Part shown: positions 25,420-34,382 of the stretch, in pieces
Position numbering within the stretch: the stretch's first letter is position 1
Layout of the letters: each line of letters starts with the position of its first letter
Assembly (NCBI GenBank): GCA_015063685.1
Contig: SVTR01000008.1
Coordinates: 1,451-65,450 of the forward strand
Length of the DNA: 64,000 bases
Source of the DNA: Oscillospiraceae bacterium
GTDB lineage: Bacteria > Bacillota > Clostridia > Oscillospirales > CAG-272
Reading direction: 5' to 3'
Notes under the pieces: generated by a model
Told to the model about the DNA's origin: nothing
The model's input: the letters and a program-made list of their open reading frames with translations, nothing else
The model's database searches: none
Position numbers and translations under genes: made by a program

Positions 25420-26661
25420 ATGGCAAAATATCCCATTGGATTCTGGAATTACCCCTCTGTCACCACCACCCCCGTATCCGAGGTGGCCCGCTGGGACAAC
25501 TGCGGCATCACCTGCAACCAAACTCCCACATTCAGCTACGCCCACCATGATCCTGCCCTCATGACCGCTTTCCTCGATGAGATGCACAAGTACGACATGA
25601 AGGCTTTCGTTTACATCAACGATCTGAATTTCCATAACTTCAAGGAGGATCCCGAATCCTTCCGTGCCGTTTACGAGCGCGCCTATGCTGACTTTGGCCA
25701 TCATCCCGCCACCCTGGGCTTCTTCATCGGTGACGAGCCCTTGCAGCCCAAGGAGTTTGCCGCCTGCATCCGAGCCTATCAGATCATGCGTGAGGTGTCC
25801 CCCGAGCTGACGCCCCTCCTCAACTTCAACCCCTACTGGTTGGGCATCGAGACCGACTTCCTGGGCGGCCAAAGATTCGAGGACTGGCTGGACAACTTCA
25901 TCGACGCCTCGGGCTGTCCCCTCATCTGCTACGATTGCTACTGGCAGATGAACCCTGAGGAGGAGGGCACCAATTCCTACTTCCTTGACCTCAATAAGTA
26001 CACCGCCGCAGGCAAGCGCAAGGGGGTCAAGGTGTGGAATACCCTTCTGTCGGTGGGTCATTTCCGCTATCGTGTCCCCTCGGAGGACGATCTGCGCTGG
26101 CAGCTCTCCACCACTGTGGCCAGCGGCTGTGACGGTATTCTGTGGTTCTACTACTACGGAAACAATAATGGCAACAACTACCGCGGCGCCCCCATCGACG
26201 AGCTGGGAGAGGAGTCCGAAACCTATACCCGTATGCGCCGTGTGCAGAAGCTCTTCCACCGCCGCTACGGCGAAATGATCACCCGACTGAACCACGGCAA
26301 GACCTGGCACTTCCAGAAGGCTTACGGCGACTATCCCACGTATATGTGCTACGATATTCCTCGTCTGCGTAAGATGGAAAGCGCCCACGGCATCCCCGGC
26401 ATCGTCAGCACCTTCTACGACGAGAACGGAGAGCAGTACCTCTGCCTCTGTAACAACTCCCCCTTTGAGTCGGGGCTGTTCTCCTTCATCTTCGATCCCG
26501 GCGTCACTTCTTGTACCCGATATTGGGACAACGGCCGTGAAATCGACTTCAAAGCCTACCACCACGACGCCGTCTATCAGGAGCACTCCTCCTTCACCAA
26601 GATCGGCGTGTACCTGGCCCCCGGACAAATGGAAATCTTCAAGGTGGGCTATGACAAGTAA
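25420..26661 (+). CDS. Hypothetical cytoplasmic protein, possibly a TIM-barrel glycoside-hydrolase-like enzyme
   Basis: Clean 413-aa ORF with the codon style of its neighbours. FIGDEPLQP resembles a clan GH-A acid/base strand. No family recognised with confidence. Confidence 0.6.
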   Translation: MAKYPIGFWNYPSVTTTPVSEVARWDNCGITCNQTPTFSYAHHDPALMTAFLDEMHKYDMKAFVYINDLNFHNFKEDPESFRAVYERAYADFGHHPATLGFFIGDEPLQPKEFAACIRAYQIMREVSPELTPLLNFNPYWLGIETDFLGGQRFEDWLDNFIDASGCPLICYDCYWQMNPEEEGTNSYFLDLNKYTAAGKRKGVKVWNTLLSVGHFRYRVPSEDDLRWQLSTTVASGCDGILWFYYYGNNNGNNYRGAPIDELGEESETYTRMRRVQKLFHRRYGEMITRLNHGKTWHFQKAYGDYPTYMCYDIPRLRKMESAHGIPGIVSTFYDENGEQYLCLCNNSPFESGLFSFIFDPGVTSCTRYWDNGREIDFKAYHHDAVYQEHSSFTKIGVYLAPGQMEIFKVGYDK

Positions 26662-26713
26662 GCCTGATCCTTCACCGTCTTGTTTTCATTTTTTGCATTG
26701 AAAGGAGCGCACC

Positions 26714-27541
26714 ATGTACAATGGGCCTTATAAACTTGGCATCAACCTCATGGGAGGCTCGGGTCTCTCAGTAGACGAACACGTCGCTCTCCTCAAGCGC
26801 ATCGGTTGGGACGGCTTCTTCACAGGCTGGAACCGAGAGAAGCTGGATGAATTTCAAGCCGCCGCCGAGAAATACGGCATGATCTGGCAGTCCATCCACG
26901 CCCCCTTTACCCAAGTCCGCTATCTGTGGAACGAGGGTGAGCTGGGGGAACAGATTACAGACGAGCTCATCGAATGTGTCCGAGATTGCGCCGCGCACAA
27001 CGTCCCTGTCATGGTCATCCACCCCTTCATAGGCTTTGAGGATCACGATCCTACCGAGGTGGGACTTGAAAATTTTGGCAAGATCATCACCGCGGCGGAT
27101 GAGCTGGGGGTGCGGCTCGGCTTTGAGAACGTGGAGGGCGAGGAGTACCTGAAGGCTATCTTTGAGCGCTACGCCAATCACCCTTCCCTGGGCTTCTGCT
27201 TCGACACGGGCCATGAGCTGTGCTACAACCGCGGCAAGGATATGCTGGCCGAGTACGGTCACGCCCTCTGCCACACCCACTTCAACGACAATATCGGTGT
27301 AACGGGCAAGGACATTTTCTGGACAGACGATCTCCATCTGGTCATGGGTGACGGTATAGCCGACTGGACAAGCATCATGGCTCGCATTCGGAAAACGGGC
27401 TACAACGGGCCTCTCATGTGCGAGTTGTCCTTCTCCAACAAGCCCGGAAAAAATACCCACGACGCCTATGCCGCTATGGGACATGAAAGCTTCTACGAAT
27501 TTGCTCTCAAGCGAATGAGGGAAATGACAAAAAATAATTAA
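26714..27541 (+). CDS. Sugar-phosphate isomerase/epimerase (xylose-isomerase-like TIM barrel)
   Basis: Carries VMVIHP, GFENVEGEEYL, FCFDTGHE and HFNDN, the pattern of the AP_endonuc_2 family. Confidence 0.75.
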   Translation: MYNGPYKLGINLMGGSGLSVDEHVALLKRIGWDGFFTGWNREKLDEFQAAAEKYGMIWQSIHAPFTQVRYLWNEGELGEQITDELIECVRDCAAHNVPVMVIHPFIGFEDHDPTEVGLENFGKIITAADELGVRLGFENVEGEEYLKAIFERYANHPSLGFCFDTGHELCYNRGKDMLAEYGHALCHTHFNDNIGVTGKDIFWTDDLHLVMGDGIADWTSIMARIRKTGYNGPLMCELSFSNKPGKNTHDAYAAMGHESFYEFALKRMREMTKNN

Positions 27542-27558
27542 AGGGAGAGATCTTTCCG

Positions 27559-29619
27559 ATGAAAAAGACGATCGCATGTTTATTGGCCGTCACGCTATTC
27601 TCTCTTTCTTTGGCTGCGTGTGCACAGGATAGCGGCGGTTCGGCAAAGGAAACCGACCCTGCTTCCACCACCGAAGCAAAGACAGATACCGAAACAGATA
27701 TGGAAACCGAATCGGAGGCCGAAGCTACAACCGAGATCAATACCGAATATACTACCGACGCAGCAACCGAGGCGGAAAGCAAGACCGAAACGGAAGCCGA
27801 GACCACCGGAGAGACCCAAGCTGAACTCTCAATGGATACCGAAGCGGTCACCAAAATTGAGTCCGAAGCAGTCACCGAAATCGAGCCCGAAACCGAAGCC
27901 CGTACCGAGGTTGACACAGAGGCCGCACCGGAAGTCGAAACCGTTGACTATGATGCTTATCTCACCCTTGAGCCCGAAGCACCTGCTGAGGGAGAGGGCA
28001 TGACCATCAGCGGCGTGGACATTTCCGAATTTTCCATCGTGCGATCGGCAGATATGCCTGAGGGGCAGATCACCGCTTTGGAGATGTTTGCGGCGCAGGT
28101 CCAAAAGGTTACCGGCGCGGCCTTACCTATCATCACGGACGATCAAACCGCCGATCATGAAATCGTCATTGGCGACACCAACCGTCAGAATACCGCCGTG
28201 ACGGCGGCCGTTTCAGAGATCGACGATGACGGCTATGCCATCGTTGTGGACAGTGGGGATCTATATATTTCTGCCACCACAGGCCGCGGCGTTGTGTACG
28301 GCATGTGCGATTTCCTTGAAAATTATATGGGCGTGCGCTTGTACGCCATCGACTTTATCTATCACCGCAACGTGGGTGCCATCACGCTGAACGAAGGCAT
28401 GAAGGTTGTCTTCAGCCCTGAATTTCACGCCCGTAGAACTTGGATCGATAAGCTCGTAGCGGATCCGCTGGATAACGTTATTTTCCTCAAAAACAATTCC
28501 GACGGGCTGAAAAAAGCCAAGGTGGGAGACCCTGTCGTTGTCCGCGCCAATTCTAATCACACCATTGATAAATTGGCCGACATGAAGGGCGCGAACCCCT
28601 GTCCCTCTGATGAGGCGGTTTATCAGACCGTGCTGGCCAACGTGATGGAAAAGCTGGAGGAGAACCTGCTTCAAAACACCATCCAGGTGGGACAGGTAGA
28701 CGGTAGTGAACCCTGCCGTTGCGCTAACTGCAAGGCGGTGAATGAGCCCTACGGCACCGAAAACGCCGCCTGGTTCCTCTTCATCAACCGCCTGGCCGAC
28801 GAGGCCAACGCAAAGTTCCCTGAGCGTGACGTGAAGATCATTACGTATTCCTATCAGTTTACCCATGGCGTCCCCGGCAACGGCTTCACCGTGTCTGATA
28901 ACGTCATTATCAACTTCTGCTTTGACGATGCTTGCTACAACCATGCCTTTGACGATCCCGGATGCGCCAAGAACGTGCCTGTGGTAGCCGAATTGAGAGA
29001 GTGGGCAAAGCTGTGCAAGGCGGATAATCTGTACGTTTACGAATACGCCTACAACTGCGGAGACGCAACCTTGCCCGACCCCAACATCCTCGTTATGTGG
29101 GATAATTTCCGGCTCTATCTGGAATGTGGGGTCAACGGTATACTGTCCGAGGGCATTCAAAGCAAGGGTGGCGACTTTGACTATCTGCGTGCCTATCTCA
29201 GAGCCAAGCTGGTCTGGAATCCTCATATGACCAGAGACGAGTATTTTACCCTGCTGAAACAGTTCATGGTGGATTACTACGGCGACGCGGCCCCCCTTAT
29301 GATCGAGTATCTGAAGATTCTCGGTGACGGTAAGCGCAACTATTGTACGGATATGTATACACCTATGTACACCTTCTACTGCGTTGAGGGCGGAACCGAG
29401 GAAAAAGATATTTCCCAAGATATTCTGCTTCAATGCCAAGCCCTCTTTGATGAGGCGTTGGCACTGGAAACGCTCACCGAAGAACAAAAAAATCACGTAG
29501 AGTATACCGCTATCCACCTGTTCCTCGTCCGTTGGAAGTACTTCCCCAAGGATGATCCCGATGGTAAGACGGCCTGCTACAAGACCATCTATCAGTTCCG
29601 TAATAAATACGGGGTTTGA
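27559..29619 (+). CDS. Lipoprotein with an acidic T/E-rich linker and a DUF4838-like (GH20/GH67-N-like) domain
   Basis: Lipobox MKKTIACLLAVTLFSLSLAAC, then a ~110-aa TE-rich linker. EIVIGDTNR...DDGYAIVVDSGDLYISATTGRGVVYGMCDFLENYMGVR is typical of DUF4838 proteins. Confidence 0.75.
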   Translation: MKKTIACLLAVTLFSLSLAACAQDSGGSAKETDPASTTEAKTDTETDMETESEAEATTEINTEYTTDAATEAESKTETEAETTGETQAELSMDTEAVTKIESEAVTEIEPETEARTEVDTEAAPEVETVDYDAYLTLEPEAPAEGEGMTISGVDISEFSIVRSADMPEGQITALEMFAAQVQKVTGAALPIITDDQTADHEIVIGDTNRQNTAVTAAVSEIDDDGYAIVVDSGDLYISATTGRGVVYGMCDFLENYMGVRLYAIDFIYHRNVGAITLNEGMKVVFSPEFHARRTWIDKLVADPLDNVIFLKNNSDGLKKAKVGDPVVVRANSNHTIDKLADMKGANPCPSDEAVYQTVLANVMEKLEENLLQNTIQVGQVDGSEPCRCANCKAVNEPYGTENAAWFLFINRLADEANAKFPERDVKIITYSYQFTHGVPGNGFTVSDNVIINFCFDDACYNHAFDDPGCAKNVPVVAELREWAKLCKADNLYVYEYAYNCGDATLPDPNILVMWDNFRLYLECGVNGILSEGIQSKGGDFDYLRAYLRAKLVWNPHMTRDEYFTLLKQFMVDYYGDAAPLMIEYLKILGDGKRNYCTDMYTPMYTFYCVEGGTEEKDISQDILLQCQALFDEALALETLTEEQKNHVEYTAIHLFLVRWKYFPKDDPDGKTACYKTIYQFRNKYGV

Positions 29620-29630
29620 GCTTACACCGA

Positions 29631-30016
29631 TAAATTGTTGTTTAGCGGGCAGTGCCCGCAGCCAACGCTCGGGAATGTTCAACCCATGTGAACTGCATCC
29701 CGCGATGGGCAGTTAGGCAGGTAAATTGTTGTTTATGGGCGTTTACTGACCAACGCGGTCATCCTGAGCAAGGCCGCTGGCCGCGCCGAAGGATCTCTTT
29801 ATACCTGTAAAAAACCATTGTCATAAAAAGGTTTTGCTTTCTGTGGGATCCTTCGACTCGGGCATCGCCCTCGCTCAGGATGACTGTTTCAAGGCGGGGC
29901 ACAACAACGCTAAACAACAATTTATCAGCCTAACCATCCATCGCGTGATGTATCTAGCATAGGATGCACTACCCCGAGCCAGAGCCCCACCGCAGGTGGC
30001 CGGCAAACACAATTTG
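29631..30016. repeat. Complete composite element: motif - Xb arm - motif - H cassette - motif - Xa arm - degenerate motif
   Basis: Exact motifs at 29631 and 29722 (forward) and 29911 (reverse), with degenerate CAAACACAATTTG at 30004. It fills the spacer between the lipoprotein gene and dxr. Confidence 0.9.
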
Positions 30017-30044
30017 CGTTCCAATTCAAATAAAAGAGGAAATT

Positions 30045-31259
30045 ATGTATCACACCAATTCCTACCCCGACCTGATCATTTTGGGTTCCACCGGTTCTGT
30101 GGGCACCCAGGCGGCGGATGTGGCACGGTGCCAGACGGCACAAGGCCGCAAAATTGCCGTCCGAGGGGTCACCGCCCACCGTGACGTGGCCACCATTGAG
30201 GCGCAGGTCAGAGAATTTCATCCCGATTTTGCGGTCATGACCGATGAGACCGCCGCCGATGATCTGAAAATCAGACTGGCGGACACCGATACCACGGTGC
30301 TTGGAGGCTTCGAGGGCATCCGTGAAATGCTGGGGACTGTCAAAACCGAAAATCCCATGGGTATCACCGTGGAAAACTCCATTTTGGGAGAGGCAGGGCT
30401 GGCGCCCACCCTCTACACCCTGGAGGCCGGCCACCGTCTTGCCCTTGCCAATAAAGAATCTCTGGTGGTGGGCGGCGAGCTGGTCATGGCTCTTTGCCGC
30501 GCTACCGGACAGGAAATTTTGCCTGTGGACAGCGAGCATTGCGCCATTTTCCAATGCATGCGGGCAGGACGCCCCGAGGAGGTCAGAAAAATCTGGCTCA
30601 CCGCGTCGGGGGGACCCTTCTTTGGCTACACCAGGGAGCAGCTCGCCACGGTTACCAAGGCACAAACCCTGGCCCATCCCACCTGGAAGATGGGTGCCAA
30701 GATCACCGTAGATTCAGCGACCCTGATGAACAAGGGCTTCGAGGTCATCGAGGCGGTGCATCTTTTCGGCGTCAAGCCCAAAGACGTGCAGGTAGTGGTG
30801 CATCGTGAGAGCATGATTCACTCCATGGTGGAATATACTGACTATAGCATCATCGCTCAGATGTCGGTGCCTGATATGCGGCATTGCGTCCAGTACGCCC
30901 TGACCCATCCCTGCCGCAGCTCCGCCGAGGGGATCATGAAGCCCCTGGATCTCTTTGAGGTGGGCAAGCTGACCTTCGCCCGCCCCGACACCGAGACCTT
31001 CCCCCTTTTGAAGCTGGCCATGGATGCCATCGCTTTGGGCGGTGCGGTGCCTGCCGTGCTGAATGCCGCCAACGAGGTGGTGGTAGCCGCCTTCCTCCAC
31101 GAGAAGATCAAATTCTGCGAGATCTCGGAGTACGTCACCCGCGTGGTGGAGGACATGAAGGGTGTCTCGGCATGGCACAGCTACGACAGCATCATGGAAG
31201 CTGACAGCCTGGCAAGACAAAGCGCTCGGGCGCTTCTCAACCATCATACGGAGGATTGA
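30045..31259 (+). CDS. dxr: 1-deoxy-D-xylulose-5-phosphate reductoisomerase
   Basis: Carries ILGSTGSVGTQAADV, LANKESLV, VDSEHCAIFQC and HPTWKMGAKITVDSATLMNKG. The start is trimmed to the ATG at 30045. Confidence 0.93.
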   Translation: MYHTNSYPDLIILGSTGSVGTQAADVARCQTAQGRKIAVRGVTAHRDVATIEAQVREFHPDFAVMTDETAADDLKIRLADTDTTVLGGFEGIREMLGTVKTENPMGITVENSILGEAGLAPTLYTLEAGHRLALANKESLVVGGELVMALCRATGQEILPVDSEHCAIFQCMRAGRPEEVRKIWLTASGGPFFGYTREQLATVTKAQTLAHPTWKMGAKITVDSATLMNKGFEVIEAVHLFGVKPKDVQVVVHRESMIHSMVEYTDYSIIAQMSVPDMRHCVQYALTHPCRSSAEGIMKPLDLFEVGKLTFARPDTETFPLLKLAMDAIALGGAVPAVLNAANEVVVAAFLHEKIKFCEISEYVTRVVEDMKGVSAWHSYDSIMEADSLARQSARALLNHHTED

Positions 31260-31267
31260 ATCCATTC

Positions 31268-32338
31268 ATGCAAATTTTTAAATTCGCACTCTATCTTTTG
31301 CTGACCTTCTTTCTTTTAGGCATTTTGATCTTTGTCCATGAGCTGGGCCACTACCTGACGGCTCGGGCCTGTAAGGTGACCATCCATGAGTTTGCCATCG
31401 GTATGGGCAAGCGCCTGGGGGGCTTTACCTCCAAGAAAACCGGCATCAAATACTCTTTCCGTCTTTTGCCCATCGGCGGCTATGTAGCCATGGCAGGCGA
31501 GGATGAGGGCGGGGAAGGATCGGAAGATCCCAATGCCTTCCACCGCAAAAACGTATTCCAAAAAATGCTGATCCTGGTTGCCGGCGCAGGCATGAACGTG
31601 CTGACGGGCTTTTTGGCTATGCTGATCCTGACTGTGGGTATGTCCGTGGCTGACTATCCCTTGCCGTCTACTGTGGTGGGTGAATTTGTCCTGGGCGCGC
31701 CCAGCGAGATCACCGGGCTTCAGGTGGGGGATGAGATCCTGCAAATCAACAACACCAAGGTTCATACGGGTTATGATCTTATTTATGAGATCACAAGCCA
31801 GGGCTACGAGCCTGTGGATCTGGTGGTCAAGCGGAATGGGAACAAGGTCCTTTTGCGGGACGTGCGTTTTCCTGTGACCAACGAAAGCGGATTGGCGGTA
31901 GGCAACCGCGATTTTAACGTGTTGGCCATGGAATCCACACCTGTAACTCTGCTGAAAACCACCTTCTACCGCTCAACCTCGGCCATCAAGATGGTCTTTG
32001 ACTCCATTGGAGGCATTATTTCGGGGCGATATAGCGTGAAGGATCTGTCAGGTCCTATCGGCGTGACCAATACTGTCTCTCAGGTAGCACAGCAGCCCAT
32101 GGCGGGATGGAACATTTTGTATTTGTTCGCCATCATCGCCATGAACCTGGGCGTCATGAATCTTTTGCCCATCCCCGCGCTGGACGGCGGACGTTTTGTG
32201 TTCCGCGTTATTGAGGCTCTGCGCTTTGGAAAACCTCTGAAACCGGAGTGGGAGGCGCGGATCCACGGCGTGGGCATGATGATCCTGCTGCTTTTGATGG
32301 TTGTCATTGCCTTTAAGGATGTATTTACTTTGTTCTGA
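31268..32338 (+). CDS. rseP: RIP zinc metalloprotease RseP/YluC family
   Basis: Carries the HELGHY motif in TM1, a PDZ-like middle region, and C-terminal NLLPIPALDGG. The start (31256 TTG or 31268 ATG) is uncertain. Confidence 0.88.
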   Translation: MQIFKFALYLLLTFFLLGILIFVHELGHYLTARACKVTIHEFAIGMGKRLGGFTSKKTGIKYSFRLLPIGGYVAMAGEDEGGEGSEDPNAFHRKNVFQKMLILVAGAGMNVLTGFLAMLILTVGMSVADYPLPSTVVGEFVLGAPSEITGLQVGDEILQINNTKVHTGYDLIYEITSQGYEPVDLVVKRNGNKVLLRDVRFPVTNESGLAVGNRDFNVLAMESTPVTLLKTTFYRSTSAIKMVFDSIGGIISGRYSVKDLSGPIGVTNTVSQVAQQPMAGWNILYLFAIIAMNLGVMNLLPIPALDGGRFVFRVIEALRFGKPLKPEWEARIHGVGMMILLLLMVVIAFKDVFTLF

Positions 32339-32340
32339 CC

Positions 32341-32367
32341 AAAAAGGGGACGGTGTGTCCCTTTTTT
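32341..32367 (+). terminator. Hairpin plus T-run after rseP
   Basis: AAAAAGGGGAC ggtgt GTCCCTTTTTT directly after the stop codon. Confidence 0.6.
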
Positions 32368-32434
32368 GGGATACAGCTTGTCGTATAATGAGGTAAATTG
32401 TTTTCTCCCGACATAAAATCAAGAGGAGGCTTCT

Positions 32435-33517
32435 ATGAATTACAACGCCATTCGCCGTGCGACGCGACCTGTCAAAGTTGGCCGCGTGGGCATTGGTGGG
32501 ACAAATCCCATCGTCATTCAATCCATGACCAATACCGACACTCACGACCTGTCGGCCACTATAGAGCAGATCAAGGCTTTGGCTTCGGCGGGGTGTGATA
32601 TTGTCCGTCTCACCGTGCCCGATCTGGAGGCCGCTGAGACCATTCGTGCCATTAAGGAGCAGGGACTCACCATCCCTCTGGTGGCAGATATCCATTTTAA
32701 CCACAAGATTGCCTTGCGTTGTGCCGAGTACGGGGTGGACAAAATCCGCATCAACCCCGGCAACATCGGGGCGGACGAGTACGTAAAGGAAGTGGCCGAC
32801 GCTTGTCGTCAGCGGAACATTCCCATCCGCATTGGTGTCAACAGCGGATCTCTTGAAAAACATATTTTGGCCAAGTACGGCGCACCTACCCCCGAAGCGC
32901 TGTGCGAAAGCGCACTCTATCACGCCGCCCTTTTGGAAAAGTTCGATTTTGAGGATACGGTGATCTCCATCAAGGCCTCCACCGTGCCGAGCATGATCAA
33001 AGCCAACCGTCTGCTGGCTGAGAGGTGCGCTTATCCTATTCACCTGGGCGTCACCGAGGCGGGAGGCGCCGAGATGGGACTGGTCAAGTCAGCCGTGGGC
33101 ATCGGTGCCATGCTTTGCGAAGGCATTGGTGACACCTTCCGCGTGTCCCTCACCGCATCTCCCGTGAAGGAGATCGACGCCGCCAGAAAGATCCTCAATG
33201 CCGTGGGCGTGGAGGGACAATGCGGCTTGCAGATCGTGTCCTGTCCCACCTGCGGACGCACTAAGATCGACCTGATTGACCTGCACACCCGCTTTGAGGC
33301 GGCGGTAAAGGCCGAGGGGCTTATGGATCTGCCTGTGAAGGTGGCTCTCATGGGGTGCATTGTCAACGGCCCAGGTGAGGCACGGGAGGCCGACATTGGT
33401 ATCGCCGGAGGCAAGGGTGAGGCTTTGCTTATCGCCCGGGGCGAGGTGCTTTGCAAGATCCGTGAGGATGAGATCATCCCCACGCTGATTGGGAAGCTTA
33501 AAGAAATGAAAGGTTAA
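32435..33517 (+). CDS. ispG: 4-hydroxy-3-methylbut-2-en-1-yl diphosphate synthase
   Basis: Carries VGGTNPIVIQSMTNT, RINPGNIG and SCPTCGRT...GCIVNGPGE. Confidence 0.93.
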   Translation: MNYNAIRRATRPVKVGRVGIGGTNPIVIQSMTNTDTHDLSATIEQIKALASAGCDIVRLTVPDLEAAETIRAIKEQGLTIPLVADIHFNHKIALRCAEYGVDKIRINPGNIGADEYVKEVADACRQRNIPIRIGVNSGSLEKHILAKYGAPTPEALCESALYHAALLEKFDFEDTVISIKASTVPSMIKANRLLAERCAYPIHLGVTEAGGAEMGLVKSAVGIGAMLCEGIGDTFRVSLTASPVKEIDAARKILNAVGVEGQCGLQIVSCPTCGRTKIDLIDLHTRFEAAVKAEGLMDLPVKVALMGCIVNGPGEAREADIGIAGGKGEALLIARGEVLCKIREDEIIPTLIGKLKEMKG

Positions 33518-34321
33518 ATTGTTGTTTACCACCTGCGGTGGGGCTTTGGCTCGGGGGAGTGCATCCCGTGTGAAACTCATACCGCAATGGGCAGTTAGGC
33601 AGATAAATTGTTGTTTATGTTCTTTTCCACTTTCTTTCCTCGGCGAAAGAAAGTGGAGTAAAGAGCGCCGCCAAAGACAGAACCTACGGTTCTCCTCTGG
33701 ACTCCAACTCCCTCGTGACGCACGCCGCTCCCCAATGGGGGAGTGGAGCGGCTATCGCGTGTTTTGTGTCAGCCAACGCCGATAGCCTGCCCCTGCGGCG
33801 GAGCGCCTTGAGGCTCATACCTCGCTGTTTAGAAAGCGTTAGTTGATTTGAAAAAATTCAATATTGAAAAATAGCATTGAATCCATAGTTCTCACGGCGA
33901 GAGGTGATTGTTTGATTGGAGAACAACAACATTTGTCCATTCGCCATCAGAACTGTAGCTTCGCCACCTGACTCTGACCATCCCTCTGTTCTACCAACAG
34001 AAACATATCAATTGGACTTTTGATGAGCCCCGAGGCGCTCCGCCGTGGGGGCGGGCCACCGCTGGTGGCTGACAAAATACACGCGATAGCAGACCACCTC
34101 TGTGGTCTGCGTGCGTCACGAGGGAGTTGGGTTCTTAGGGAGAACCGTAGGTTCTGCACTAAGCGGCGCTCTTTTGGAACTTTTCTGCCGCCGTGGGCAG
34201 AAAAGTGGAAAGAATGCTAAACAACAATTTACCTGCCCAACTACCCAGCGCGATATGTGGTGCGTACAGAATGCACTACCCCCAGCGATGGTAGCCAGCA
34301 CGGCCGGCAAATGACAATTTA
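33515..34321. repeat. 807-bp nested composite palindrome filling the ispG-polC spacer
   Basis: Forward motifs at 33515 and 33604, reverse at 34218, degenerate at 34308. The X arms are 33529-33603 and 34232-34307. The core consists of two ~200-bp inverted arms (33618-33820 and 34022-34217) around an AT-rich ~200-bp centre. Confidence 0.9.
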
Positions 34322-34382
34322 TACAACAAAAGAGAAAATCAAATAAAAGATAGATAACAGATAACAGAAAGAGAAGAACGAC

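Noticed and set aside
33519-34314. Short ORFs inside repeat regions, for example 33519-33785, 33947-34159, 34020-34220 and 34102-34314. Others lie at 12621-12926, 16841-17101, 17818-18108, 60012-60410 and 38810-39007.
   Set aside because: They are read-throughs of palindromic repeat modules, and both strands give similar pseudo-peptides such as QNLRFS..QLPRDARR. They lack RBSs and overlap each other. The repeat interpretation explains them fully.
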